Assembly: GCA_973895155.1 (NCBI GenBank)
Contig: OZ316899.1
Coordinates: 16,333,974 to 16,397,973, forward strand
DNA from: Marsupella aquatica
Lineage: Eukaryota; Plantae; Marchantiophyta
Direction: 5' to 3'
DNA: 64,000 nt
How positions within the stretch are numbered: the stretch's first letter is position 1; every line of letters starts with the position of its first letter. Made by a program: the position numbers and the translations under genes. This document shows, in pieces, positions 49,266-63,232 of the stretch. The notes beneath the pieces were generated by a model. That model was not told the DNA's origin. It did no database searches and was given only the letters and a program-made list of their open reading frames with translations.

Positions 49266-52200
49266 ATGGCTCCAAGGTTGCCTCTTCACAACCCATTTAG
49301 GATTAGGCATCATGATTCTAAATTGTGGATGCGTGAACAAGCCCGGGCCGCCCAAAGTAGGAGTAGGAGGATGAGATGCCCATGCACACAGTGCCAAGGA
49401 TTCAAGTCGTTGAGTTTGAACACTGTGCACCTTCACTTGCTGCGGCATGAAAGGCACCCTTGGTGGAGGGTTTGGAATGTGCCAGCAGAAGAAGACTCCT
49501 CTGATGAAGAGTGGAGAGCTGACTTTGTGGATTCTAATACAACTAGGCGTAGAGACTACGTAGAGCAGGACATAGACGGTGCAGAGGATGGTCCTGGGGT
49601 ACAACATGAGAATGTGGATGACCAAGATGGAGATGCAGAGGCAGTCACTGAGGACGGTGGGATGGATGTCCCAAGAATGGTTCAAGAGATTTTTGAAGAC
49701 CTTGATGCTTTTTATGACACAGTGGAATCAGAAGACAATGAACCGCAGCCACACATTGGAGTAGGCCCACCTGAACCTGACTTTGACATCGAGGAAGGTG
49801 CAGCAGAGAGGGAGTGGGTGTTTGGGGGCCCAAAACACATCAAAGAAGCTTGCATTCCTATCTACGAGGGGTCAAACTGCTCCAAGCTGGGTTTTGTTGT
49901 GTTGTTGTTGAACATCTGTGGCAATCACAATGTTCCCAATATATTTGTGATAGAGTTGTTGACCTTCCTGCGCCGAAATGTGTTACCAGATGGTAATTCA
50001 ATTCCAAAAAATATGTACGAGGCTAGGAAATTGATGTCTAACCTTGGGCTGAACTATGTGTCTATTGACGCATGCCCTGATGGGTGTGTTCTCTTTCGCA
50101 AAGAGCATGCAGATAAATTGACATGCCCTCATTGTGGTAAGTACAGGTACAAGAATGTAGGGAAATGTACACACCCTGCCAAGGTTCTTTGTCATTTTCC
50201 TCTCATTCCTAGACTACAACGTCTGTTTAGATGCCCTGCCATTTCCAAGCTGATGACATGGACTTCTGATAACAACAGTAATGATGGCGTGCAACATCAC
50301 ATTGGAGATTCCAACCATTGGAAATTTGTTGATGAGAGGTGGCCACAGTTTGCTGTAGAGAAGCGGAACTTTCGATTTGGTCTATCACTGGATGGAGTAA
50401 ACCCATTTGGAGACAAAAACAACCGTTATTCATGTTGGCCGGTTACGCTGCTAAATTACAACCTTCCCCCATGGATGACTACAAAGAGGTTTTTTGTGAT
50501 GATGGTGCTGCTAATCCCTGGACCAGCTTCTGTGACCGAGCAATTCATAGATATCATGTTGGCTCCAGCATTGGAAGAGTGGAAGACTTTGTGGATAGAA
50601 GGGGTGTTAACCCATGATGTTCTCAAGGGGCTTCTTCGGCCCAACCCCTTTAGACTGCATGCAATTTGTTTGCTGGATATAGCAGATTACCCAAGCCATG
50701 GCATCATATCTGGACGAGTGACAAAGGGCTATGTGGGGTGCACACCATGTGGGAAAAATGTGACAAGTGAGTGGTTGCATGCCCTGCACAGTATGAAATT
50801 TAGGGGCATAGAAGGTATCTGCCTGCTGATCATCCTTACAGGCACACACGGTCTCAAATTGCACACTTCAACAACAAAACAAAGCTTTGTGGCCCACCAC
50901 AGAGCAAGTCCTGAGGTGGGCAGCCAGGAAGGCTGATTGGGACAAGAGAAGTGCCAGTGCCACTGATCGAGAACCTAAGGATCCTGTGGTGAAACACGGT
51001 GTGAAAAGACAGACCTTGATGGACTTGGAGTTGGAGTACTGGAGGGTAATGTACTGAGCCTCCAACCCCTACATGATTGCAATTTTTGATTGGAGCAATG
51101 GTGGATTGATGTTGGTTACAATCCTCCTATTTGGTTAATGAGTGTTTCTGTTGTTGAATTCTTTGCTTTGTGGAGTGCAAGAATTTGAGCCCAGCAAACA
51201 CAATGTGGTCGTCATGCACATTGAGAAAAATATTTGTGAGAGCTTGCTGAAGTTCTTGTCGGGTGAGAAAGATACAGGAGCAGTTTGAGCTGATATGCAA
51301 CAGAAGGGGATTCGCCCTCACCTTTGGTTGAAGCCCCATGCAAGCAATCCCAATGTACTTCTCAAGTTCCAAGCTCCCTATGTGTGCACACGGGAAGAAT
51401 GGAAGACATTCTTGTATAGATTGAGCTATCTGAAAGTACCCTCTGGCTATGCTGGTGCCTTCAAGAAGCATATTACAAACAATAAACTTGGCAAAAACTT
51501 TTCTTTGGCGGATTTTGGCTCAAGGGCTCTTCTCTGGCTCTAGGGCTCTCAGGATGGACAAATCTGACGGCTCCTGTACTCTGTGTGTCGGCACTGTGGA
51601 AACTATTCCCCACATTTTCCTTTTTTGTAGACACGCGACCTGTTGCTGGAGTTTGGCCAGGAGCTGGATGAATGGACTTCTCGACATTGGACCCGTGTCT
51701 ATTGTTGGCTTGCTCTCATCCACCTTGGGGAAGGAGCCTTTGACTACTTTGCATCTCTTCCTCTTACATCAATCTCTGTGGTGCATTTGGCTGGCGAGAA
51801 ATTCTCAGACGTTTGACCGTTCTAAGCTGAGAACTTTTGATCAGATATTATCTTTTCTGAAACCTTAGATCACTTGACTGCTGTTGTTGCGGCTTCTGCC
51901 CTGGGCAGGAAACACCACCGGCTCACTCAAGCCATCTCACTTCTAACTGCGGAGAAACTTAGGATCCTTGGTAGCGGTGTACACCGCACTATTACACACT
52001 GACTTGTGTTAAATCTTGGTTGAGGCTGTCTCTCATAGGTATAACCAGGCAAACATTCTGCTATTACTTTGAAGTCCACGATTAGCCAGGCTCTACAGTA
52101 CTCATAATAGTGGCCGACTAGGGTGAACACTATTAGGATCCACATTGCTATTTTTATGGCCTGATCAGCGTGTTGTACTTTGTACTGTGTCCCCTCTGAA

Positions 52201-53677
52201 GGGAGCCCTCCTGCTCTGACTACACCCTCTATGGTTGCTTCGGGGTCTTTGCTCTTTTCTGCCCTCGATGGCTTGCCGCCTTTTGGCCTGCTTGTTTTTC
52301 CCCATCCGTGGGGTTCACGCGGAATAAAATTTAAATTTAAATTTAAAAACAAAAAAACAAAAAAACTTGGCAGTATGAAAACACATGACTACCATGTGTT
52401 GATGCAGCACATTTTGCCCCTATGCCTCAGAGGTCTCATGCAAAAACCAGTCCGTAATGTCATTCTTTGACTATGCAATGTATTTCACCGTATATGTGTG
52501 AGAGTGTGGGATCCCCAAGGATGGGAGCAGTTGAAGCAGGATGCTGCTTATGTCCTCTGTGACTTGGAGATATACTTCCCCCTGCTTTCTTTGATGTTAT
52601 GAATCATCTCCTAATCCATGTGGTAGAAGAGCTAGGGCAGTATGGGCCATTCAGTACGAGATGGATGTACCCTATGGAGCGATACATGAAGATGTTGAAA
52701 GGTCATGTGAGAACATACTACAGGCCAGAGGCTTCCATGGCATTGGGGTACATTAAGGATGAGACGTTGGGGTTCCTAACAGAATACATGGCTGGGTCTG
52801 GTGAAGCTATGACAAGACTTTGGAAATCTGGTGAAGATGATGGAGTGAGTGGCGAGGTTGTTGAAGGTGTGGGACGTGTTGTGCAGATGTCTGTTGCAAT
52901 TCAAGACAAGGCTCATTCATATGTGCTGGCAAACACAAAGCCTATGCAACCATGGTGGAGGTGAGTGATTGAATTGACTTGCCTTTGTTGTGATGCTTCT
53001 TGTCTATTCCAAGGGTGATCTTAGGTTGTCATGTGTTGTTTAGACCTAACTATGCCTGTACCTCATATTGCAGGGAATATGATATGCAAAAAGCTGCACA
53101 CTCTGGGCAGCAGGATCCCTTCCCACAGTTTGAGCAATGGATTCGGGTGGCAATTCGAGAGCATAGTAGACATCACCCAAATATGGAGAAGGATTTGTAT
53201 CTTCTATCTGTGCCACCACGATTGTCTATTTTGACCTACAAACGGATGAGAGCTTATGGAAATCATTATCGAGTGAGGGATGAGCAGGGTGACCATTGTG
53301 TATCATATGATTGTGGTTTGATATCTGTGTTTGAGCAGAGAACCTTTGAAGAACAGAGGGGGTGGATGAAGATGGGTTACGTGGGGGAGTTGACAGACAT
53401 TTGGGTCTTGAATTATGGTAACACAAGTGTCCCTATAATATTGATGAAGGGAGCATGGGTGAAATCAGAATGGCAGAGGCCAAGGGCCACCATGAAGCGT
53501 GATCCTGATGGGTTCTTGTTGGCCAATTTTAGGTCCAGAGTACCAGAATGGTCTGAGCCTTTTGTTTTCCCTAGCCAAGTTGAACAGGCTTTCTTTCTAG
53601 ATGTGGAGGGGTCACATGACTGGAGGGTGGTATGCCATAGCCAAGCACAAAACAGGCGGATGGATGGAAATAAGTAG
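49266..53677 (+). pseudogene. CACTA TnpD/TNP2-like transposase
   Basis: MRCPCTQC, IDACPDGC, FPLIPRLQR, LSLDGVNPF, YNLPPW, MHIEKN, MKTHDYH, RWMYPMERY, EPFVFPSQVEQAFF. Frameshifts, introns and a LINE insertion. Confidence 0.95.
51494..52362 (+). mobile_element. 5'-truncated L1-like LINE
   Basis: TSD AAACTTGGCA at 51484-51493 and 52363-52372; zf-RVT motif CTLC..ETIPHIFLFC and WCIWLARN; A-rich tail. Removing it restores NNKLG-SMKTHDYH. Confidence 0.92.
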
Positions 53678-54153
53678 AGTTCAGTTTGGACGACCATGCT
53701 GCATTCGAGCATCCTAGTCAAGAGACTGTAGTTCCAACTCGGGCAGGGACCGACTACATCCCGTTAACATTGAGAGAGACATATGATGAACCTGGGGAGA
53801 TGAAATATGATGAGGTTGATGATGTGCAATAGGCAACAGCTGGCGATTGGCAAGTATGAGGTTGAGGATGACTACCTGCACAGAGTCACAGAACGGGAAT
53901 TGTTGCCTGGAATGATGTTTAGGATAGTTGGATATGCATGAAATTGATTGATACTTTGAATTTAGTGTGCTGATTCTCCCTGTTTGGTTGTGGGTGTTGT
54001 GCAAAAGCTATGGGGGAAGAGGGTGATGACATGGAGACAGACATGGGGCTTGGAGAGTGGGGTGAAGAGGAAAGATTGGATATGGATGGAGACCCAAATG
54101 CAGGGGGCTCACAAAAAAATGCACCTGTGTAGGATGCACAGGGCCCTCAACAA

Positions 54154-57100
54154 GTGCCAGGTAGGTGGGCAGCTAGAGAGAAGTCACATAATCCATACCC
54201 TAGAAGGAGCCAGAGTTATTGGCAAGGGACGCCTGATGATTATGATGATGATGACTATGATGGAGCAGAAGATGGATGGGATGAATATGAACACCCAGAG
54301 CGTGGTAGAGACGGGTACAGAGGGCAATGGAAAGGTGAGGAGGATGACTGGACAAGTAAGTGCCTTGTGCTAGTGATTTTGTGATGGTAGTAGAGATTTA
54401 GCTCAATATGGACTTATCTGATGTCTAGCTAGGGCAAAGAGTTTATCTTATAGGTCCATAAGTGTGGCATGTACCTGTTGGTATGCAGACTCTGATTGGG
54501 ACAATCACGAAAACAACAAAGGCCATCCACGTTCAGATAGGAGGCAATCATTCACAGGCGGGAGAAACGGCCCTAATTCATCAAGACAAAGCAATTGGAC
54601 AGGTGGTCCAGAACCATCTATGCGCCAAGGGAGAGGTAACTTGGTCATTGCAGAATTGTTCTGAAGTCTGTCACGCGATTGACATGGGTCTTAACACCAA
54701 AGACGTCACTATGGGTGCCAAAACCATCTCCTTGTACCTGAGGATCACGAAGGGATGTTGTGAAGGCCGGTAAACACCAATTTATGCCCTTAACACCAGA
54801 ATATCATAACAAGACTCCGTCACACATCACCCAAGCTCAATCCCTAAGAACCAAGGTTGGGAATCAGATCCGCGCTCATGATAGTTCTGGTGAGAAGGAG
54901 TCTTCATATCGGGCCCGTACACACAGGGCCTAGCGCTACGGTGCGCATAGGTCTATACGTATGCTTACTGTCATAGGTATGTTTCTATTCCGCCGCCGGA
55001 ATGTACCCATAAACCAGTGACTCTTGACTGATTCCCGGCTTAGGGACTTCTAAGCCATTGCCCCACCACTCTGCCATTCCACTCTCAGCAATCAGAGCTA
55101 TGACAGTCCTCACCCAGCCCGCTTCAATGCACCCTGTACACCTCTCAGTGGCGCTGCTAGTCCCATCATACACTTAGATTGCCTCACACACACACACATC
55201 CATGAGAGAAATGAGGCCTGAGAGGAAAACTCAATTAGATTCAACGATGTGCACAATAGTTCACTGAGAACACTTGATCCGAACAATAGGCCCGAAGGCT
55301 GTCTACTCCAGATTGCAGCGTGCTTGCCCCGCAAGCCCCATGCTTGCCATGCAAGCTCAATCCTGAACCTGAGCCCGGCTCACTCCAGATTGCGACGGCA
55401 TATTGGACTCAAACCAATCCCGTACTTGCCTTGCAAACTCAATCCTGAACTCAACCTCCTTCACTGCACTTCATTCTTGGGGGCACATACAGATCTCACA
55501 CCTCCAATTCAGAACGTCAAGTTACGCATACATAGTTGACTCGACTTCAAAGCTGGTACCAGGCCTAACGGCGATCTACCCCAGACTGCAATGAGGCCCG
55601 GCCTCACGCTTGCCCTGCAAGCTCCGCTCTGGCCATAGATCCCTTAGTGCTCTCCACCAGACAAAGGCCGGGACTCCCCATGGATCACGTAGCCTTGCCA
55701 GACTGAACTGTAAATGCTCCTCCTGCTGCCCCTCAATCAGTGTCTCAGCCTCCCTAATGTGCTCACCACAAATCAAATTGACATCCTCCCCACAGTTTAC
55801 AATCACCAATACATCACCTATCACCAAGGCTCTGTATCGGGGGAAAAGAACCCAGTTGTGCTACTCACTAGAAAGAGTCACAATCCAGCTCGCAAACCTA
55901 GCAACCCGTTGCTGTGAAGCTTGGCTGATTACTCCCTGAGTAATAGCACAACCAAGCTCTCCCCCAACACGCAGCGTCCAAGTCCAGCCTTGCTTGCACA
56001 GAGCTCCTCCCTGCTGCTCAGTCTAAGTGAGATCACACAACTGAAGTCCCCCCCCATCTCTATCGGGGGGCTGCTCTATATACTCTCATACTGAGCCCAA
56101 ATGGCTGGGTACTACGCTGCTGGAGCCCCATCCCAGCCCTAACAGAGCCGCCACTATCTCTAACTACTGAACCCTAACTCGCAGCTTTATTTCTATCTCG
56201 AATTGGCTATGTACTTCGGATTTGGCCCTCCTCCATGGTTTTCGCGAGCTTACGCCTCCTCTCCCGATTTCTGTATTCAACCATTTGCTGCGTGGATAGC
56301 AGCGTTGGAAGCGGCTTGAGCTCCTCTTTCCAACGAGGTCAATTATAGCCGATTTGGTCAAATACACAGAGAGTTATGCCCCCGCAACCGAGAGGGGGTA
56401 CTCACTGCTGCGCTAACCCGAGTTACGTAGCTAACCCGAGTTCGGCTAACCTAGCTATCCTATCTAACCCGAGTAGAGCTAACCCGTGGTCTCGGGTTAT
56501 GCCGCTACCCGCTATCCGCTAACCTAGCCTAAGCTGAGCCCGAACCCGAGCTTACCTATGCTAACCTGAGCCCGAGTTTAGGCTAACCCGAGTTCAATCT
56601 AATCCGAACCTAGGTTAAGCCTAAGCTGAAGCTGTGCTGACCTAAGCTAAGCTGAAGCCGTGCTCACATAAGCTAAGCCGTGGTCGAGCTTGGGTTAACC
56701 CGAAACTGAAGCCGAATCCGCTAATTCCGGCCATAAGTTAACCCGTCACACTAATCAGGCCGTATCTCTCTTAATACACCTCCGTTTCCCGAGTGTTTTA
56801 TATCGATTTTACTCGCCTTGACCAGATCTTTCCAATGCTCTTTACAGATCCGGATTTGGTGACATATTGAAAGAGATATGGTCGTCGACCACCCGCGACA
56901 TAGTTTTTATTTCCCTACTCTTAACGCCATGATTGCCCTTATTCTTGCCATCTTGCTAATTGTTATGTAATATCAATAGCTACTCCTTGCATACAGCAAC
57001 CTACTTAATCAGATTACAAAATAAGGACCATGTCATTGGCGTCACAAAGTCCAGTGTATATTTGGCAGCAAAATTTATGCTTCATACTTACCTAATGGAT

Positions 57101-59552
57101 CCCGTATATTTTGAATCCTACTCCAGGGAGGTTTGGACAATGCAATCCAGGCCATGGGGGGAGATCAGGCCGTGGAGGGACCCCAGGCTGTGGGGGGACA
57201 CCAGGCCGTGGAGGGACACCTAGTAGTGCTTCAGGGAGTACCAAGGCAGGAGATAGTAACAAATTTGGTAAAGTAGAAGTGAATTCCGATGGTTGGATAG
57301 CTCCCACATGTGATGGTAAGAACCATTGGCATTCTGACCTAAGAGGAGAAGTATTGCGTTGGTTAGATTTGAGCATTACAAAGTTTAGGAGTCATAACAA
57401 AGCTGATTGGGCTGCTATCTGCAAGGACATTCTTGAACGGTGGGACTATGTTGGTAATGATGGTAAGGGCCCAGTTGAAGATTGCATATCAGATTATGCA
57501 ATGAGGATTTTGAAACAAGAGAGGCATAGGTTGAAAAGGACGTGGATAGACAATGGTTCTAACAGGAGAATGCCACCACCCCCATCATTGGAATTGGATC
57601 AATGGACATGGTTAATCAAAGGGTTCATGTCGGAGGCTGGACAGAGCAAGAGTGAACTGATGTCAAATGCTTGAGGCAAAGTGAAACACCTTTCACAGGC
57701 TGGGAGACGAAGTTATGCTCCAGTGAAAGAACAATTGGTAAGGCAGTGACATGCCTGATAGTAAGCCTCAAACTTATCATCTTGCTACCATTATTACATT
57801 TTCATTGACAATCAACACTTGGTTTCATTCATATGTATGTTGATGTGGACTGCAGAAGAAATTGACAGGTGAAGAACCATCAACACAAGAAGTGAGAGAG
57901 GAGTTCATGAAACAAAGGAGTGAGGTGACAAGTGTGATTTCCAAACAGGTGATTATGTTGTAATTCTGTATGTTTCGTGACTATTTGGCCTTGAGCATCA
58001 GAAAGAAATGTAGTAGGAAGTAAGCAACCAGTTCTTGGGGACAGTTATCTGAGATATGTAAGCTATGTTATGACAGGGAACTGTTACAACTCTCTCAGAG
58101 ATGTGTGAACGGTTGAAGTCATTAGAGTGTGGACTCCCTCAAGTGGAAAGTAAATTGACTGATCGTTTGGATATTGTGGAGGCATCTGTTGCGAACCTTC
58201 TTGCATCAGTGGAATCTAATTTCAAGCTTGTGATTGAAAAATTGGGTGGTTCCCAACCAAACAATGAGGGCAACATTGTACAAAGTGTGCCCTTGTTAAC
58301 AAAAAAGGGAATTGGCAAATCTGACAGAGGTATGGAAATGACACCGGCCCATTGTTCATTGTGTCCTATGTTCAAATGTTAGAAGTAAGTTTTCATGAAT
58401 TGAGTGAATGGTTTGAATGCAGGAAGAGTGGAGGCAGAGAAGGACCCTGTAATCACTAAGCAGAAGGGCAAGAAGGTTGTTGAGACAGGTAACCTGCTAT
58501 GATCCAGTATGAATCATTTGAAAAGTGCATGGAGTTTGTGAAGCTTAAGCCGGTTGGAGGTAATATTTTTTGTAAGAACTGGTTGGATCAACTGGGATCT
58601 GAAGTGACATCATGATTGATGTATCAGGTGATTCAAAGAGCAATAATGAAAAAGATGTGCCCAGTGCCTCAGTGACCATAGCCAAGGAGGTATCAGGTAA
58701 GCTGATGCTTTAAATTCCTCTATATGAATGTTGAGAAACAATTCAGTGGTTAATAGATTCAACCTGAATATTGTGGTGTGTTTAGTGATCAGCAGAAGCA
58801 GACATGGAGGATATGGCAATGGCAAAGAAGGGGAAGAAGGCTGTTCATAATGGTAAGGAGATAGTGACAACTTTGTGGTTGGTGACATGTACATTTAGCA
58901 CATGTGATGAGTGATCGACTTATGTTGGACATGACATTGAATTGTAGTTGATGCAGAGTTGACAGACTCTCAACCAAGTGGGAGCAGGGTGAAGCGACAT
59001 CAAAACTTGGGAGCAACATTGGATGCAAGTAAGATTGTAGATGCTTCAATTGAAGCAAGTACAATGTTGGCAGATACTGAGATGATGTCGTAGGGAAATC
59101 CTGCTACACAATCGGAAGTGTCAAATATGGATGCAGATTCTTTGAAGAAGAGTGTAGCCAATTCTCGATCACCAGCACAAAACACTTGTGCCAAAGTCAT
59201 GACTCGCAACCAAGGTATGAATAATGTCATGTATAAGCCACCTAGGAAAGCCAAGAAAAACAGCTAGGGTAAGGTGGAGGTGATAGCCACAGCAGAGCCA
59301 GTCCATAATCTTCTATCATGGGAGGATGACTCGCAGGTATGTGTGGGTACAAGCATTTTGCGACCGGACCATGCTAAATTCCATGGCAAAGTGGTCCCGG
59401 ATGACCATGTAGTAGTGTTGTTGACTACAGTGATTGTATCTGATTGTAATTTGCCATTTCCGAATAGAGACGATGATCCACCTCAGGAAATAATTGCAGA
59501 TGCAGTAGGATCTCTTGTGCTCTGGCCATCAGAGTGTGTTAGTCTGCAGTGA
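54154..59552 (+). pseudogene. CACTA TnpA-like multi-exon ORF2, split by a solo LTR
   Basis: Exons at 57111-57738 and 58101-58340. The terminal exon 59274-59552 (FHGKVVPDDHVVV..LPFP..DAVGSLVLWP) is the typical TnpA C-terminal domain. Confidence 0.7.
54669..57046. mobile_element. Solo LTR, copy 2 (2378 bp)
   Basis: TGTCACGC...GCGTCACA; TSD AAGTC at 54664-54668 and 57047-57051. Confidence 0.92.
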
Positions 59553-60413
59553 CTGAATGCAAGTGTAGATAGAATCATGTGAATTGTGTCACATTTTGAC
59601 ATTGCCTTGGAAAGATCCAAGAAATATCTATACCAATTTTTCCATTTGGTAAAGAGGATGAAGGAGCCGTTGTGTGTGACATTGATATTTCTGAATTTTG
59701 TATGTATGAAACAATTGATTGATGTCAAACTATGGCTCTATGGTGATTGTCTATGATACTTGAATCTGTTTTGTATCATTACAGTATTAGTGTGTATGGT
59801 ATAGAGGAATACTTTGTGACCTTCTTTGTAGTCTATGATGTTTGAATCTATGAATTCATATTAGTGTACATGGTATAGAAGATGGCTTTCTGAAACTCTA
59901 TGTGTTCTAATGTTAACATGATGAATGGTGAGCTTATAGAGTGAGTTCATTCCAAGTACACAATAAAACATGAATGGAATGTGTTATTTGTGCACAAGAG
60001 TGAGTTCATTCCAAGTAGTATAGTGGGGTCTTTATCACTCATATCCAGTTGACATGAAAGACTTATACATATCCCACAAAGTGTCTACTTTAGTCGTTTT
60101 ACCCACAAAGTATATTTAAAGACTACCCTCCATAACCTTTTTAGTTGTTCCCAACGACTCACCATCGCAGCCCATAAAAGACTAAAAATGACTCACCAAA
60201 GCTACCCGCACAAAGACTAAAATAGACTGAAAATCCAATCTATTAAACAACTTATAAACCAGTTCTATAAACGACTCAGTTGATTATAGTAACAAAACAT
60301 ACAACTCGCAGTCCTATAAAGGACTGGAGTCCTTCCCAGTCGTTTCCAAGTCCTATACGGTACTAAATAGTTGTTTAATGGGGTCTAAATACCCCCGGTT
60401 TCTACTAGTGTTT

Positions 60414-60555
60414 GGTCGTCAATAAAACCTGGAGGCTGAGTTATAAATCTCCACATCAAGCAATCCATGCAGGAAAGCAGTAATTACATCTATTTGATCT
60501 AACTCAAGATCATACAATGCCACCATTGCAAGACAGTAAAACACGGATGGTAGAT
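60414..60555 (-). pseudogene. Copia RT fragment continuing across the CACTA insertion
   Basis: Matches ~24450-24585. Confidence 0.8.
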
Positions 60556-60740
60556 TGTGGCTTCTCTTCTTGCTTCCAGCAATTGTACATTCAATTAATA
60601 GAAGTTGGGAACAAAGTGAAAATTGAATTTCCTTATATTAAGCATCTTGACCTAGAAACTCAATACATAAACTCCAGGAGTCCCTCGGGACATAAAATGA
60701 GCCAAATTGTTTCAAAATTGGGAACCTGCACCCGCACTAC

Positions 60741-61279
60741 TCAAACAAATGTGTTGGGCCTGGTGGCCTTGTAAGTCATCTTCAGCTTTCGCGATGGGGG
60801 TCGAATCCTGTGGTACGTCAAGGGGAACTTTATCTTTGAATCATGAAACTGCTTGGTATTTCCTCGCTGCACAGAGAGACAGGGACTATCAGAGTCTTTA
60901 TGATCTGGATGCAAGGGAACCAAACTCTATGACGAGAAGCCATCTCATCATACATTTGCTCTACAGCTCCGTTCAACGTGGTATCACGATATTCCTTGTA
61001 CATGTTGTGATAACCTGTACGACTCTCATACCTCACCCATATACCAAAGTTCTTAATTGTGGTGGGCTTCTTTTCGAAGATCTGGTAGACACATTATTCA
61101 GCATTTGATAACTTCAAAACTAGACATTAAACAACTTATAGAGAAAATCATTTCGGAGAGAGACGATGACTAGAGTGATTGGAAGGTGCTGGAAAGTAAA
61201 GAAGTCGAACCTCATTGATGGCAAGGATCTGTCCAAGGCATGAGACTTCTTCACCTTCTTCAACTTTCTCAGAAAGTAC
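60741..61279 (-). pseudogene. RPL18a: 60S ribosomal protein L18a (eL20) fragment: two exons and a retained intron
   Basis: YFLRKLKKVKKS..QILAINE, then [61 protein letters not shown] intron at 61082-61210; two frameshifts; N-terminal exons not found. Confidence 0.93.
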
Positions 61280-63232
61280 CTGGACAGCGAAGGAGAAGTA
61301 CTCAATACGGGGGACAGGCTCCTTTGGGAGAACACCTATTGTGACCTAACAAAGGGTAGAGAGGCAGAGAGTAAAGAACACAGAATTGGGGATAATGTAC
61401 CAAATTGAGCTTGGAGGCAGTTTTTTTCATTCCCATCTTCCTGAAGCCTTGTCTGCTTTCTGCCACCTTCTTGTGGTAGGGACTTTTCTTGAAAGATCCT
61501 TATTGTGAACAGAGTCTGTATTGATTTATTATGAAGTTTCACTGAGTGAGTTTTTGTTTAATTACTAAAAGAATGTGACTATGTAAGAGTTCCGTTTGGC
61601 AGTGGATTGGTCGAAGCACTTCCTGCTAGTGTGTTGTCCATAGCTCTTCAACCAGCTTTTGTATTCCTTGTATTTCACCACTTACGGTGACCTTGAAGGC
61701 AGACACAATTGGACTATGGAAAAATGCTTAGGCGAGGGGAAGGCAGCCAGGGGTTTTGGATAGAGGGCGAGGGCAACGGGCGCCCAAGAGAGCGGAGGCT
61801 GGAGAAGAAATGGGTGCTTGTGACAAAGCTATTCTTCATTAATTTGTTAGTTAGTCAAATATGTGTTGGCCAAGGTTGAGGGGAAATTCAACTAATTGTG
61901 TAGTCACTTTAATAGAAGATGACGTTGTAGTTAGCAAAAGACCATCGTTAGTGTCCCATTTATTACGGACCCCATGAGAGGTCCCTTCCAAAATTCCTGG
62001 CACCAGAGCGTTTGAAACAACAACCACAACAAACAAGACTGGTCAATTTTTTGAATCAAAGTTACAATTTTTATTAGTGTTTGCGTTAATTTGTGTGTAA
62101 ATTTTGGGACGACATGCCGTATAAAGAAATATAACAATTAAGAAATGCACAGAGCAAGACGAGTAAAACTATCACTATGTAACCATTTTAGTTGTACGTG
62201 TCCAATTTTAAAAATTAAATTCAAAAATTTGAAAAGTATATATTTTTCATATAATGAACAATGACTAATAAGATTTGTAGTCTTTTGCAATTCAGGCAAA
62301 CTGCCAGCTATGGTCGGAACTTGAATTCAATGAATTGATACAATTCATTTGATCAGACATTGATCTGGTTTGATCTGGTTCCAAATGGACTTGCCACAAA
62401 TTGTATTGACTTTCTTAGGTTGAGAATTTGGTTGCATGAGGCAAAAAATCTTGATTTTGACAACTGCTTATGATTATCATGCTATCAACTTCTATCTTCT
62501 GAAAGCTTTAGCTTTGCCCTTGTCCATATGGTGAATAGTTGCGTCAAGGTCATGAGTCTATTAACCTCTAATTCAAAACTTGCCAAATTCAGACTTCAAT
62601 GAAATCTCTAATTAAAAGAGGACTTAGCTACTAGAAAACTCAGGGTTCTCGCGCAAAAAATGAGTAACAACAACCACAAAGTATCACCAGTCAAGAATGA
62701 TGTTTGTCTTTGTATTTTGCATTTTGTAATTCCTTGAAAACCTTTAACTCCCCCCCCCCCCCTTTTAGGCCTTTTGTACTATACATAGATGGTCCATAAA
62801 ATACTTGATTATTGTGTATTGTCATTCCTTGACATTCCCAATTCCCCTTTAGTTCTTGCTTGAAAAACGTGTCACTCTTTATTTCACACTGACTCAATCT
62901 AATTCAATTTTGTTTTATTCTTTGTTTTGGTCAGATTTTTTAATTTTTGTGCCCTACAAATTTGAATGACGACCACTCTAAAAAGTGGCGCAGCTGTGTA
63001 TTATAGGAGTTAATTGCTCACCTCACCATATTTTAACTTGGTATTGTTTTCATGGCAAGAGAGGCAGTGAGGGGTAGCTACGGTACAAAATCCATGTGAC
63101 GGAGTCAGGACAAAACACCCTCACAAGGCTGTTGTTTAGTTTGGTACTATGATGAATAAATTATGATACTTTTATGGATTTTGAATGTATACTTAGTTTA
63201 TGTTATTGGATAACTTACCATTATTTGATACA

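Larger units (their letters stand above)
40642..60410 (+). mobile_element. Complete CACTA (En/Spm) transposon, 19.8 kb including nested insertions
   Basis: TIR CACTAGTAGAAACCGGGG (18 bp perfect, 29 bp with 2 mismatches) at both ends; TSD TTT; the flanks rejoin into a Copia RT fragment. Confidence 0.96.
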
